42,594 nt of DNA from Nemertoderma westbladi (taxonomy: Eukaryota; Animalia; Xenacoelomorpha): NCBI GenBank assembly GCA_032718475.1, contig JAUCBJ010008960.1, forward strand, positions 1 to 42,594, given 5' to 3'. Both the position numbers and the translations under genes were made by a program. This document shows positions 24,331 through 36,192 of this stretch, one piece after another. Each line of letters starts with the position of its first letter. Within the stretch, counting starts at the first letter, position 1. The notes under the pieces were generated by a model. The model worked only from the letters and a program-made list of their open reading frames with translations. It did no database searches and was not told the origin of the DNA.

Positions 24331-25132
24331 CTACTACTACTACGATCGGCATGCTGCATTGCAACTGCATTATATATATATATATATTACAAATATATTA
24401 AGAATGCTGTGCCGGCTTGTCGGCAATGTCCTGCAAAGCGGAGGCGGTTCCGTTCAAGTGTCACGCTATGGGAGACTAATGGAGCACCTCCAATGTTGTA
24501 TAGAGTCTGATTGGGGATATGTTCATTGTACTTGACACAATGAACCCGGACGAACCCAGCGCAGCATTCTTGTGAAAGTGCCATCCAGAGATTTGGTATC
24601 CTCTGCAGTTAGAGCCCAGCATGGACTCCCATATAAGAGTACTGGTACTACTACTGCCATAAATAATCGAACCTAAAGGTTCCGTTTTATTCTATGGGAC
24701 TTCCAAATCTTGGACAGACTATTTAACGCTGTCCAACCTTCCCCTTACGTATCCGAAGGTCTTGTCCTGATTTTCTGATACATGATCCCTAGTAGCAGAT
24801 TTCATCCACGTGCGCAAGCAAGCCGTCCCTAGAGCTTATGCCCTTACGATCCGACCTTTCTTGAGGGCTGTCTAGGTTCACTGTCATGATTTTAGTCTTC
24901 TTGGTATTTATAAAATAACCAACACTAGATGCAACCTGCTCAAATGAGCAGAGGAGACTTTGGGCTCCCTCTAGTGATTGTGACAGTACCCCTAACTCAT
25001 CAGCAAAGTCTAGATCAATAAGGTATTTTGCTGGATTTCCTCTATTTCTTGTGCAAGTGGGGGGTGTTACTATCACCCCATCTTTATTAAGATGGACTAA
25101 GGACATGCGTAGAACATAATCAACCACAATTA
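24331..25132 (-). mobile_element. 5'-truncated, decayed RTE-like LINE copy
   Basis: Encodes VVDYVLRMSL...YLIDLDFADEL. Homologous to 28335-29258 and ends in the same gcagcatgccgat...(TAG)n tail. Confidence 0.9.
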
Positions 25133-25289
25133 CATCAGTGTGTGAAATGTAGCACTTTTCAGTGTTGTAACCCGAGTGTATTTATGTACCGAGCGAGCTC
25201 AAAGAGATAGATTTACATAAACAACCTAACTGTTATGTAATATAATCTTATACTGTAACTTTTGTTGGGCACAGCTTAGCGTAGATGGC

Positions 25290-25363
25290 AATGACTTCCA
25301 GGCGGCATCGAACTGTCGACCTCCAGTCTGAATGTCTGGAGCTCTAACCATTCAGCTAGCTGC
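25290..25363 (-). mobile_element. tRNA-derived SINE head
   Basis: Minus strand TAGCTGAATGGttagagctccag...ctggaggtcgacaGTTCGATGCC: A box, stem-loop, B box. Confidence 0.55.
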
Positions 25364-26819
25364 TGAGTGAAATGGTAGATTTGGAAATACTACTTGACAC
25401 CTTGTGTGAAATTTACCTCGTCATGGACTTACATCTGTCAATACCCCCTGAAACCAGCTATTGAAACCACTCATTCTCGCAAAAATCCCAATATATAAAT
25501 ATGGTATACTTGTACTTTATTCACGTCACATTTCATGCTGACTTGAAACTAAAGTTATTGTACTGGCCTACAGTTAAGCAGCAAATTGAGAACATAATAT
25601 GTACATAACACATATTTATATATTGTAAAGTAAAGTAAATATTGGTAAAAAATATAAAATTCCTCATATTAATTCTGGGCGCGGTTATCTCCCGAAATGT
25701 ACAATGGTTCAGTAAATACAAAGAGATACACATGAATATTATCACACAATAGGGATTAAAATATTATACAGTTGTTGAATCGCAATTCAAGTTATAACCA
25801 AACGAAATGTTTGTACAGGCGAAAGAAAAAAATTATACGTGTGTTTTTCCATATGTATTCATAATGTTTTTATGTTCTGATATTGAGGTTTGATATTTAG
25901 ATTACTATCAGTCTTCAGCAGCACACGTCTTGGATAAATCCTTCCACCAGCCACAAGTAATCACGGATCTGGCTCTTTCCCTGAAGTTGGTAGGTTTCAT
26001 CTTACAGCGAAAAGAGTAATTAATTGCTTGTCATGCCACAGCTAATATCATACTTTTATTAACAGCATTGATGGGGGCAATCTTTTCATTTACAATTTCA
26101 GACTGATTGGTGCAGTACAGTACAGTTGATGCAGCATTGATTTCCTCAACCCATACTCATGTTAGGCTTACGCTATTGCCACATTTCGGATTTGAATGAT
26201 CATGATACCATGATTACCATTACTTATGGGATCTTTTTTCTTTTCCTTGGTTTAAATTTCAAAAAATGTGTATACATCTTGCCTTTAACCATTTAATCAC
26301 TGACAAGTGCCTCTCCATCACTTTAAGATTTGAATGATTTGTTTTCCCTACAGGAGGAGGTTTGTAAATACAGGGTCGGCGGTAATCATCCGCTGGTCAT
26401 TCTGCGCATTGACAGTCACAGACAGAGTTCCTATCATTTTTCTGAAATAGGATATTATCAATATGGGGAGACTCATGATAACTGTGAACTGTAAGTTTAC
26501 CTTGTTTTACCTTGACCAAATTTCGGTCAACATGGCTGCTGTACGTACACCCAAGGTAGTCCTCAAGAATATCAAAAAATAATCACACCCAGAAACATCG
26601 CGCAACACAAATTTCTGTGAGTGAGGAAGACAGAAACTTTTTGCATTTTCAATAAGTTCTATTCACAGCAACATTTTTAAATACTTTTATTAACAGCTAA
26701 TATTTGCAAAATAAAAAAAATCTAAGAGTTATTGTGGGAATTCATCAATGTTTAAGATGGTTTTTTTATGAGTTTATAATCATCACCACATTATGTATAA
26801 TCCTGCCTGCCTATATGGG

Positions 26820-29258
26820 AATGGGTATCCCCATCTATATCTCTGGAAATGGATTGTTTTCGGTTGGAACCCAGTTGAAGAAGCGAACTGGAAAGCTATG
26901 GACTCATAGTGGACCCAGTGGTCACAAGTCCCAGATAGACCATATTCTGTTTCGTAGGAAATACAGGAGCTCTATACAAGACTGTAATGCATTTACACTT
27001 CGACCCTTCTGCAGTGATCACCGCTTTATTGTGGCCAAGGTAAGACTTAGTATGCGTGCTAGCAGAACAACGAAATCTGCCTTGCCGCGGCATGACTGGT
27101 CCTCTCTGTTGCAACAGCCAAGTGTGAGATCCAGCTTCACAATACAGCTGAGCAACAGGTATGAGGCTCTTGCCTCTGAGGCGGCAGATCACTGTGAGGG
27201 CTATACTGCCTTCACAGAGGCAGTTAAGTTAGCAGCTGCAGAAACAGTTCCTGTATACCCTCGAAACAGGAAAAGGGCCCCCTGGACTGACAACAAAATT
27301 CAGAAATGCCGAAATGACCTCTATAAGGCGCAGAAAGAGTCCAGACTCAAACAGACTACAGCGACCAAGAATGCAGTTAAGGCTGCATCTAGGTCCCTGA
27401 ACGTGAACAGGCAGTACTCTGTTAATCTACAGGAGCTAATAAACCAACAAGTTGATGCCATCAATGATGCTGACGGCAGCAGGCAATCATCCCAGGCATA
27501 GAAATCGATCAACTTGCTTACTGTGCGGAAAAGCCAACCAACCACCAAGGTTAAGGCTGAATTACCCGCCGATCGCCTCAATGGTTGGAAGGCCCACTTT
27601 GAAAAGCTCCTCAATAATGACAGGGTATTGCCTGATAACTTTATAGAAGTAAAAGTGTCTGAGTCTGTACTCCCAGATATTCCCATTGGCAATATCTCCT
27701 TTCCAGAAGTGAAGGCTGCTGCAAAGAGCATTAAGACCAATCGTGCCAGTGGAGTAGATGGTGTTCCCCCTGAGGTCTTTAAAATACCTGAGTGTTTAAA
27801 GCTCATCTATCCCATCATAGTAGACATGTACCGAACAACAAGAGTCCCACAAGAAATGAAAACAAATAAGTTGGTGCCAGTTCCCAAGAAGGGCAACCTA
27901 ACACTCTATGGTTCTTTTCGGGGAATCTCATTGATCTCGATTGCTGCAAAGCTATAAAATAGAATTCTATTAAATCGCATCAGGGATCCCATCGAGAGAC
28001 TGCTCCGTGGAAATCAGAATGGGTTCCGTAAAGGTCGTGGGACCATGGAGCCCATTTTGGCACTTAGAAGGACAATTGAAGAGTTATCAAAATAGAAAGA
28101 CAGGCATCTGGTGTTATCTTTGTTGACTTCTTCAAGGCCTTTAATTCAGTCTCTCGCTCACGTATGTTCAGCATACTTTCATTATATCGGATTCCTGATG
28201 AAATTATTGCAGCAATCAGATCAGTATACGTTGGTTCGACAACATTTGTGTCTACTGTTGATGGTGACACAGAACCATTTGAAGTGTTATGGGGCGTCCT
28301 CCAGGGAGACACACTTGCACCCTTCTTGATCATAATTGTGGTTGACTCTGTTCTACGCATGTCCTTAGATCATCATAATGATGATGGGGTGATGATAACT
28401 CCACCTACTGGCTCCAGAAGTCCAGGAAATCCTGCCAAGTACCTAACTGATCTAGACTTTGCTGATGACTTAGGAGTACTCTCAGAATCACTGGAGGGAG
28501 CACAACGGCTCCTCAGCTCATTAGAACATGCTGTTTCTAGTGTTGGTCTTTTTATTAACTCCAGAAAGACCAACATTTTGACAGTTAACTTGGAAAGTCC
28601 TCAGCAAGTCTCTGATCGGCTGAGCATAAGCTCAAAGGATGGTATGCTTGAGCATGTGGACGACTTCTGTTACCTGGGATCATGGATCCGGAAGTAAGGG
28701 AATGGCATGGGCAGCCTTGAATAGGCTTTCCAGGATTTGGAAGTCACCGAGAATTAATCGGAAACTTAAGGTCCGATTATTTAGAGCAGCAGTAGTTCCA
28801 GTACTCCTCTATGGGAGTCCATGCTGGGCTCTAACTGCTGAGGACACCAAATCTCTGGATGGCACCATCACAAGAATGCTACGCCGGGTTCATTGTGTCA
28901 AGTACAATGCACACATCTCCAACTAGACACTATATAACATTGGAGGTGTCTCATTGGTTCCCCCAAGCTTGACACTAGAAAAAAATCGCCAACGCTTTGC
29001 AGGACATTGCTATCGCCGTGAGGACCATATGCATAATATGTGCATAATCTTGTACTTTGGCAGCCTCATGGAGTGAATAAGCATGGTGGACAGCCCATGA
29101 CTTTCTTGAGACGCATCTTAAAGGACACTGGCCTTGAAGATGCGGATGATCTAGCAAATGTCATGGGTGATAGGGAGTTGTGGCGGTGCAATTTTGTCGA
29201 CAAGCCGGCACAGCATTCTTAAAAATTCAGCTGCAATGCAGCATGCCGATCCTAGTAG
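26820..29258 (+). mobile_element. 5'-truncated RTE-like non-LTR retrotransposon (EN C-terminus + RT), inactivated
   Basis: KLWTH...KSQIDHIL...SDH (APE endonuclease end); FRGISLISIAAKL; GVLQGDTLAPF; LDFADDL; FCYLGS. Several stops and frameshifts. (TAG)n tail. 12-bp TSD tgcctatatggg at 26808-26819 and 29259-29270. Confidence 0.93.
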
Positions 29259-30660
29259 TGCCTATATGGGGAACGTAGTTAGTTACCCAATCCATGGGGA
29301 AGAGATTATCATGTCGGATAAAGGGTTTTAAGAGGGATCCGCGTTGTGGATGTAACTATTGATATGGCCTGGCCATCCTGCTAAAATCTACTGTGAATGT
29401 CTCGCACCTTGATAGTTATCTTCTAGCAGTGGGCATACAGTGGACGACTTTAGTTGAATTACTTTATTCTAAATTGTTTCATATCGTGGATAACACAGGG
29501 GATCTTCATGGTAGAATTACTGAGTTTTGGGCATTCTGCTCGGGTATTCAATACCCACCAATTGAGAAGTCAAGGCAGCCGCAATGAGTATTAAGAAGAC
29601 CAATGTACAAGCGGACTATGCGGACTACAGAATGCCAATTGTGGAATGCATGGTGGTGGCGCAAAATTTTTTCTTTGTTAGCATCTCATCTCAACGTTCA
29701 GCTATTGCCAATTAGAGAGTAGTAGAACTCATTGTGATTGGTGCTCCCATCTCAGTAACTTTAATTATATAACCAAACGTGGTGGTACCGGCATGTATTC
29801 CATTTATCATGAGTGTTCTGGCCTCACCTGAGCAACAAATTGGGGTTGAGCTTATGATTTAATTTAATATAATAATTTAAATATAAATATATTTTGTTCA
29901 GTAGAAACATAAAAAGATGTCGAGCTCAATATTTATTAATTAATACTTCCATTCTTGTAGGGATAAGATACCACCGAACTCGCCCCACTATGTGGCTCGC
30001 CCCAGAACACAGACATTATTACATTACAGTATACAGTGCAGTACTGTAGCACGTAGTCTACTTATGCACATACTGACGTACATCTCATTCTGTGTGTAGT
30101 CTGTGTTATCTAGGGTATCATGCAGCTGTCTGCATGATACCAGTACACAGCAGTATCTCTTTTGGTATTATATGTAGCACCTGTAGGTCAAATATAATTT
30201 GGTATTTCCGCTCATCTCGTCCGGTCCCCTCATGTTTCAGGCTTTAATACTGGAGGTCCGTTAGTGTAGGCTGACCTTCTTAGCTACGGCACTAGCGCTG
30301 TACTGTATTGGGGTTCAAACGCAATGATGTCCATCCAAATTTTGTTCACTCAAACTCTCAGCCTTCTTGACATTCGATCTACCTAATGAACTTAACGTGT
30401 GGGGGATGAAGCCTCTAATTATATCATGAGCCACGACAGTGGATTTTTGGAAACTGGCATCAGTAGTAGTCACATGTTCTCAACTGCAGGCGGGGATAAC
30501 GACCGCCTGGATGGGAAACATTGCGCTCATGGTATTGTCGCATTACGATACCCTTCTTTGTATGCTCTCCAATTCAGCCTTGAACTTAACCCAAATGTGA
30601 AATATTGCGAAATAGCTTAGATATGAGCTTGGGATAAATACAATGTTTTACAAGGCATAT

Positions 30661-31541
30661 TACTATGTTATGGGTACCCACTTTTTGTCCAATTGGTTTC
30701 ATCTCAAAATGCCTTTTATTATGAGTTGTTTTATTTGAGCTCCTGGTAGTAAGATGGTAGCTAGTACTTTTGATTCTGTGTTAGCTAATACTATATTAGC
30801 TACTAAAAAAAAATTTAACAAATATAATTTTATTTCTCTGGAATATTTCATGACTATGCGATTCATGAATAATTCATGAGCTAGTAATTTTTATTTGACA
30901 GTCAAAGTAGCTTTTTAACTAAAGATAGTTTTTTATACAAAATATAGGTGGCTGTCAAAATACAGTTTTTACCATATTTCGAAATGTAAATTCTATACAT
31001 TTTTTATTATACAAATAAACATTACCGTTGCTTAAATGACTAGTTTATTGTTTTATATAATATTATTTTCTTGACCATTTCCGAGAGCATCCAAAAAATT
31101 ATAGATTTATTTATCTTTTTATTTGTCATTTCTAGAAAATTTTAATGATATGGAAAATTTTCTAAATAAAAGGGGGCACTACAAATTTTCGTTTGTAATT
31201 TTAAGATCACTAGCTACATTTAAAAATACCAGCTCAGCTAACGTAATAAAAAATAGTGGCTAACTTCTCTCAGAAGTTGAAATTTACTTTCTAGAACAGA
31301 AAACATCATGGTAATATCCATTAACATGTTCAAAAAATTGATCAAAAATTAGGTACCTAAAATTTGGTTTAGCTATTTTAAAAACAGTAGCTACCTAAAA
31401 ATACACGAGCTAGCATAAAAACTAAATAGCTAACGTCTCACAGAAGATGACAGTTATGTTCTAAAAAAAACCCATGATAATAGCCATTAACATGGTCCAA
31501 AAATTGGTCAAAAAGTGAGTAGGCCTACCCATGGCATAGTA
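30661..31541. mobile_element. MITE with TACTATG...CATAGTA termini
   Basis: tactatgttatgggtacccactttttgtccaatt vs the reverse complement of aattggtcaaaaagtgagtaggcctacccatggcatagta. AT on both flanks. Internal direct duplication at ~31210-31350 / 31385-31515. Confidence 0.7.
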
Positions 31542-31762
31542 ATGTTGTTTTAAAACTGCGTAAATATGTCATAGGCCTATATACAACAATACTTTCTGAG
31601 TTTATGTTCTTGAATTATTCTAGTAGATTCTGTGTATTGTTTGATAAGTATTATTACGTAATTTGGAAATTTTTTTAAAATTGTAAAGGTTCAAAAATGC
31701 AATGTGTTTTCAGTTACCGGTAATTTAAAATGTTTGTATCGTTATACAAGTAGAATCTCCTC

Positions 31763-33205
31763 TCAGGGGTAAGGATGGTCAAAGTTGAAACAGCTGCTCT
31801 TAGCGTATTGAAGATACAATACAAAATACGCGATATTGAAAACAACAAAGGTAAGAGGAAATACTCTTCTGCTGCAGTAATCCATCTTCTGAAAGGATTT
31901 CACTTCGGGTTTCTTTATAAACTGTCCACTCTTTAAGCCAACTGGAGGTTTGATTTCAGACGTATTACAACTCACATCACGCAAATTGTGACAGCTGCCT
32001 GTATCGGAGTAGTAGGCTTGGTCACTGGAATGTTGTTCCACTTTTGCTAAAACGGCAGAAATCGAAATCGTCTTTATAGATTCACCTGTATGCGAACGCC
32101 GTCGTACCTTGTTTTGTGGTTGTTGAAGAGAACTAGTTGTATCTGCCGTAATTGGATCTGGGGGTTTACGTGCTGCATCAGAGACTGCTTGTTCTTCTTT
32201 GCGTTTAGATTGAATGGCTAAAAAATTCACGACACTGAATATGATAACTCCACCAAATACGTATAGGAAGCAGAAAGCAAAGTAAACAGAAAGCGCAGTA
32301 ACCTCACTTACTCTTGGTGTTATGTTAGATACTGACCCAATAAGTGTTATTAGTGAAAGTACCGTGGTCACTGCGATCTTCACTCGAGCATTTTCCGAAA
32401 ATGCATCAACCCAAAAAGCCGTCCATGATAATGTGACAATTACAATGGCAGGTAGATATAAGCGGCAGAAATAGTAGGTGAGTTGTCTGTGGAATACAAA
32501 CATTACATTAAGGTTAGAGTACACCCCAGTCGAGTATTCAGCAGACAATGGTTCTGTAGTGTAATCGAATCCTATAAAGGAAAATTGGGAGAGTTTGATA
32601 TTTGGAATTGGTACTACTGCACTTCCAAACTTCTTTGTATTTATATTCCACTTAAAGAGGAGGTCTTTCGTAGTGTATCCAAAGCTTTCCAGTAACAAAC
32701 TGCAGTTTTGATAATCCATAGGGAAATATTTCAGTGCCAAAGGACATCTGGCAGTAACCATAACTCTTGAGCTGTAGAGGACTTGACCACTGGGATATAA
32801 GCGTAGCAGGACAGTAGATGAATTTTGCTTGGTAGAACGCAACGAATCTGGAAAATAGGTGTCTGGTAGCCACAGCCGAGTAAGAAACGATGATATTGAG
32901 AAAGGTTTCCCTCCAGTCAAATTAGCATCGAATTTAAGGCGCGGGTCAGTCCAGTACTGTCGTAAAGAGAAGTCTATTCTGAAGTTCATATCCGTCTCAC
33001 TGATAGGTCCTATAGAATCCATACTTATGGAAACATAAATTATCAGTTGTTTGTTAAGATTAGGACGAAGACGATTGTCATAGTGTTTGAGATTGTGTTC
33101 CAATATACTACTCAGATCAGTATCGTTCACATCATTATTATTGGAAGTAGCCAACGAGTTAGTTAGATGAAATATTATTACAAATAATACATTAATTATA
33201 TACAT
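31763..33205 (-). CDS. Cys-loop ligand-gated channel subunit (GABA-A/glycine receptor-like), paralogue of 20859-22364, single coding exon
   Basis: 480 aa: signal peptide, YDNRLRP, LWLPDTYF, Cys-loop CPLALKYFPMDYQNC, ESFGY, M2 ENARVKIAVTTVLSLITL, M4 MDYCSRRVFP. Confidence 0.95.
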   Translation of the reverse strand: MYIINVLFVIIFHLTNSLATSNNNDVNDTDLSSILEHNLKHYDNRLRPNLNKQLIIYVSISMDSIGPISETDMNFRIDFSLRQYWTDPRLKFDANLTGGKPFSISSFLTRLWLPDTYFPDSLRSTKQNSSTVLLRLYPSGQVLYSSRVMVTARCPLALKYFPMDYQNCSLLLESFGYTTKDLLFKWNINTKKFGSAVVPIPNIKLSQFSFIGFDYTTEPLSAEYSTGVYSNLNVMFVFHRQLTYYFCRLYLPAIVIVTLSWTAFWVDAFSENARVKIAVTTVLSLITLIGSVSNITPRVSEVTALSVYFAFCFLYVFGGVIIFSVVNFLAIQSKRKEEQAVSDAARKPPDPITADTTSSLQQPQNKVRRRSHTGESIKTISISAVLAKVEQHSSDQAYYSDTGSCHNLRDVSCNTSEIKPPVGLKSGQFIKKPEVKSFQKMDYCSRRVFPLTFVVFNIAYFVLYLQYAKSSCFNFDHPYP

Positions 33206-34364
33206 ATCAATACTAATTATATCGTCATTATTTTTTCATTTATTTACATTATTATAATAGCGTACCGTACAGTTTATTAATATTTTATATCAATGTTCTG
33301 GAAAACAAAATCCTGGAAACACAATGATACAACTCTGCATTTTTCATACAGTTAATTTTTAGGAATCTCCCTTAAAATACAACATCCATTTTTTTAGCAA
33401 GTCGGACCCCCCCCCCCCCCTCCCCCCAATTTTTTTTACAAATTTCAATCAAATGCAACGAATTTTGGTTTGAAGTTAGTTCGAAACCTTTCTTACTGCT
33501 GGCCTGGCCCGATTTTTAAAGTAGCTAAATCAAGCCATTAAAAAATGAGAATTTTTTGCACTTTTTAACTTTATTTTCTTTTGCCGTTACTTTTCGACTT
33601 TGGAATGTAATAGATATCATTAGAACCGCTTTCACCTGCAGACTCCAAATCTGAAAATCCGTTATAATCGTTATAAATTTCACGAATTTAAAATATAACA
33701 TTATTTTAACCTTTTAACATATTTTAAACTTATGCATCTGTATTTAAATTTATTCCAAAATTGTAAGTGTAACATTAATTACTCAACGCCGTTAGTATTA
33801 ACAGCGAGTTGTTATTTAGCACTTTACAACTTTTGATGATATTACGTCATTGTATTGGCCTGTTCATTTAGTATTGTATTTGGTGTTATCAGTTAAGTAA
33901 TGTCCCATTAGTGGACATTACAACACGCCGTCCTTGGTTACCACGTATACAATAGTTTGTATTTTCCTGACAGCCAGATAGGCCTACTGTATTACCTACA
34001 GGTTGGCGGGGTATAGCTATTAATAACCAGTAGCTATAAACTATTAGCATGGCTCCAAAGATAACTTATTTATAACATAATTTATGTCATTTTTACATTT
34101 ATTTATACAGTAACTAATATAATTTGTACAGTCTTCTATCACTATCACTTATAATGTATATGTACAATCATTTCGTAATTTTAAAATTTTGGAATAAAAC
34201 TACATACATACTTGTTGCAAAGTACTTTACAGTGTTCTGATCCTCGTGGCTTTATCTTCACTCACCACTAACGTTCGTTCGTGTAACAAAGCACTAAGAT
34301 CATCCCACTCTAAAGTGCTTAAGTACTGTACTTTACACACAAGTATGTAAATAGTTATTACATT

Positions 34365-34577
34365 TGTGACGGGATCTGAGTTGGCACAGGATCCCGACTG
34401 GTGCGTGTTGTGTCGTGTAGTGTACGCATCGCCGCGTTTCAGTAACCACAAAAGGCTGAAAGGCCATATAGAGTGGTATAAATAAAGCAGTTTATAAGTT
34501 TATCGTTGTTAATAATAGCTGATATATATAAGTACCGGTAAAGTTACAGCACAATCAGTATATAGCACTGGCGACGA
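34365..34577 (+). mobile_element. Orphan 5' LTR (TG...CA, ~203 bp) with primer-binding site
   Basis: TGTGACGGG at 34365, AATAAA at ~34481, ...TATAGCA at 34567, then a 1-nt gap and TGGCGACGA (a common Ty3/gypsy PBS). No internal ORF or second LTR seen. Confidence 0.55.
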
Positions 34578-35965
34578 CGGTCAAAGCCGTCCGACTTATT
34601 CCACAGTAATTAATAGCCAACTGAACATAATTAATATTGCTTAAGAGTTTTATACACATTGATTAGAAAGCTTATTATACATTCCTACCTACATGTTGAC
34701 CTCCCAATAGATACGCGCTAATAGGACATGTGCTGTCCTACCATTGGTTGATTATCTCCCTCTGCCACTCCCTATTTCCTCTGGCCCTAAGCTAGCTTCT
34801 TCCCTGATATATGTTGGTATCTATCTCCAAGCTGGCATTGTATTGCCCTTCATTCTTCCTTGGTATGCAATGTTATATTGGATATAACATTGCATACTTA
34901 GCTGTGATTCATAAATCACTTTGTTCCCCACTCTCTCACTGGGTGGTGTGCAGCGGATAGATTCGCTAACAACATTCATAGCATCATAGGTATATATTAC
35001 ACAGTACTTCCGTACACCCACCAATTTTTATACTAGGCCTAAATTAGCTATTTTTTTTATAAATTTTTTCAAATTTATAAGTTGTTTTATAAATTTTTGT
35101 CAATTTTTATATCAATTCAGCTCACTCCATCTGAGCTTTTTTTACCTAATTATTAATAATGTTCTAGAATAAATCTTTTATTCTAGAAATTTTATAAAAT
35201 GTTAAAAATTCATATATATATATATACTAGCAACAGCTCAACTCGCCATATCATATACATTTTTATTTATTTTATGTGGAATTAATTTCGCACTACCAAA
35301 TCGCCAAGGGGACATATTTTCAACTATGTACCGGTATACTGATATATGTATAGTACTACACATATATAACAGATATATGATATACTGTATATCAGTGCGA
35401 CATTATTTCTGAGTATGTCGTCCCTACGCCAAACATTTTACTAGGTATACTGTATCTATTACTGTATATCCAGTATGTCACCGAGTCATTCTAAATATAA
35501 TTACATGCCGTCATTCGAATACATACTATAAAAACTATTTTACAATTCTAAAACTTACAAAAATTAAATAGGTCAAAATCAAACCAGCATCCTTCACAAT
35601 CATAACCCGACGCGTTATCCACTATGCTAAATTAGCATGATAAGAAAGTGTGTATAATTAACATACTCTCCTGTTTCAAGGTTGTTCTAGAATGTTTAAT
35701 TGCATAACATAACTACAAATAATTCCCCACAAATGAAAACACACAAATATAGCTTTTACTGACCTCGTTATGTTATTTCAAACAAAATCACTTGTGACGT
35801 AAAAAGCTATAAAGTGCTACGCCAGCCGGTTTAGGCCCTGCCCGTCTATCTGCCATCCCTGGTACTGACGGCACTGCCAACTACCAGATAGAAGTATAGG
35901 TCTGTCTGTGTAGTACCGGTACAGCAGAACGTGTTGCGTACCGATGACCGATCTGTTGTTGTTAC

Positions 35966-36082
35966 TTCTTCTGACTGTGTTTGCGTTATATATATATCTA
36001 TGCTTACTCGTGTAATTGATCAATATAGTTAACCCGCTTCACTCACCACATTGTTCCTTACGCTATTGCTTCACTTCTGGCG
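35966..36082 (+). repeat. 5' copy of the 117-bp direct repeat of the retroelement
   Basis: Matches 41226-41342 at offset 5260. The last 63 bp are identical and the first part is diverged. Followed by TGGTGTCA (PBS-like). Confidence 0.92.
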
Positions 36083-36192
36083 TGGTGTCACCGTGTGCTT
36101 CGTTTCCCACTCCTCGCCATCTACTACAACAACAGATCCATCCACTCAGCCCTCCTTACGTCACAGACTTACGCTACCTACTTACCGTTATC

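Noticed and set aside
26704-26819. Hydrophobic N-terminus fused to the LINE ORF
   Set aside because: Lies outside the TSD; chance open frame from a TTG start.
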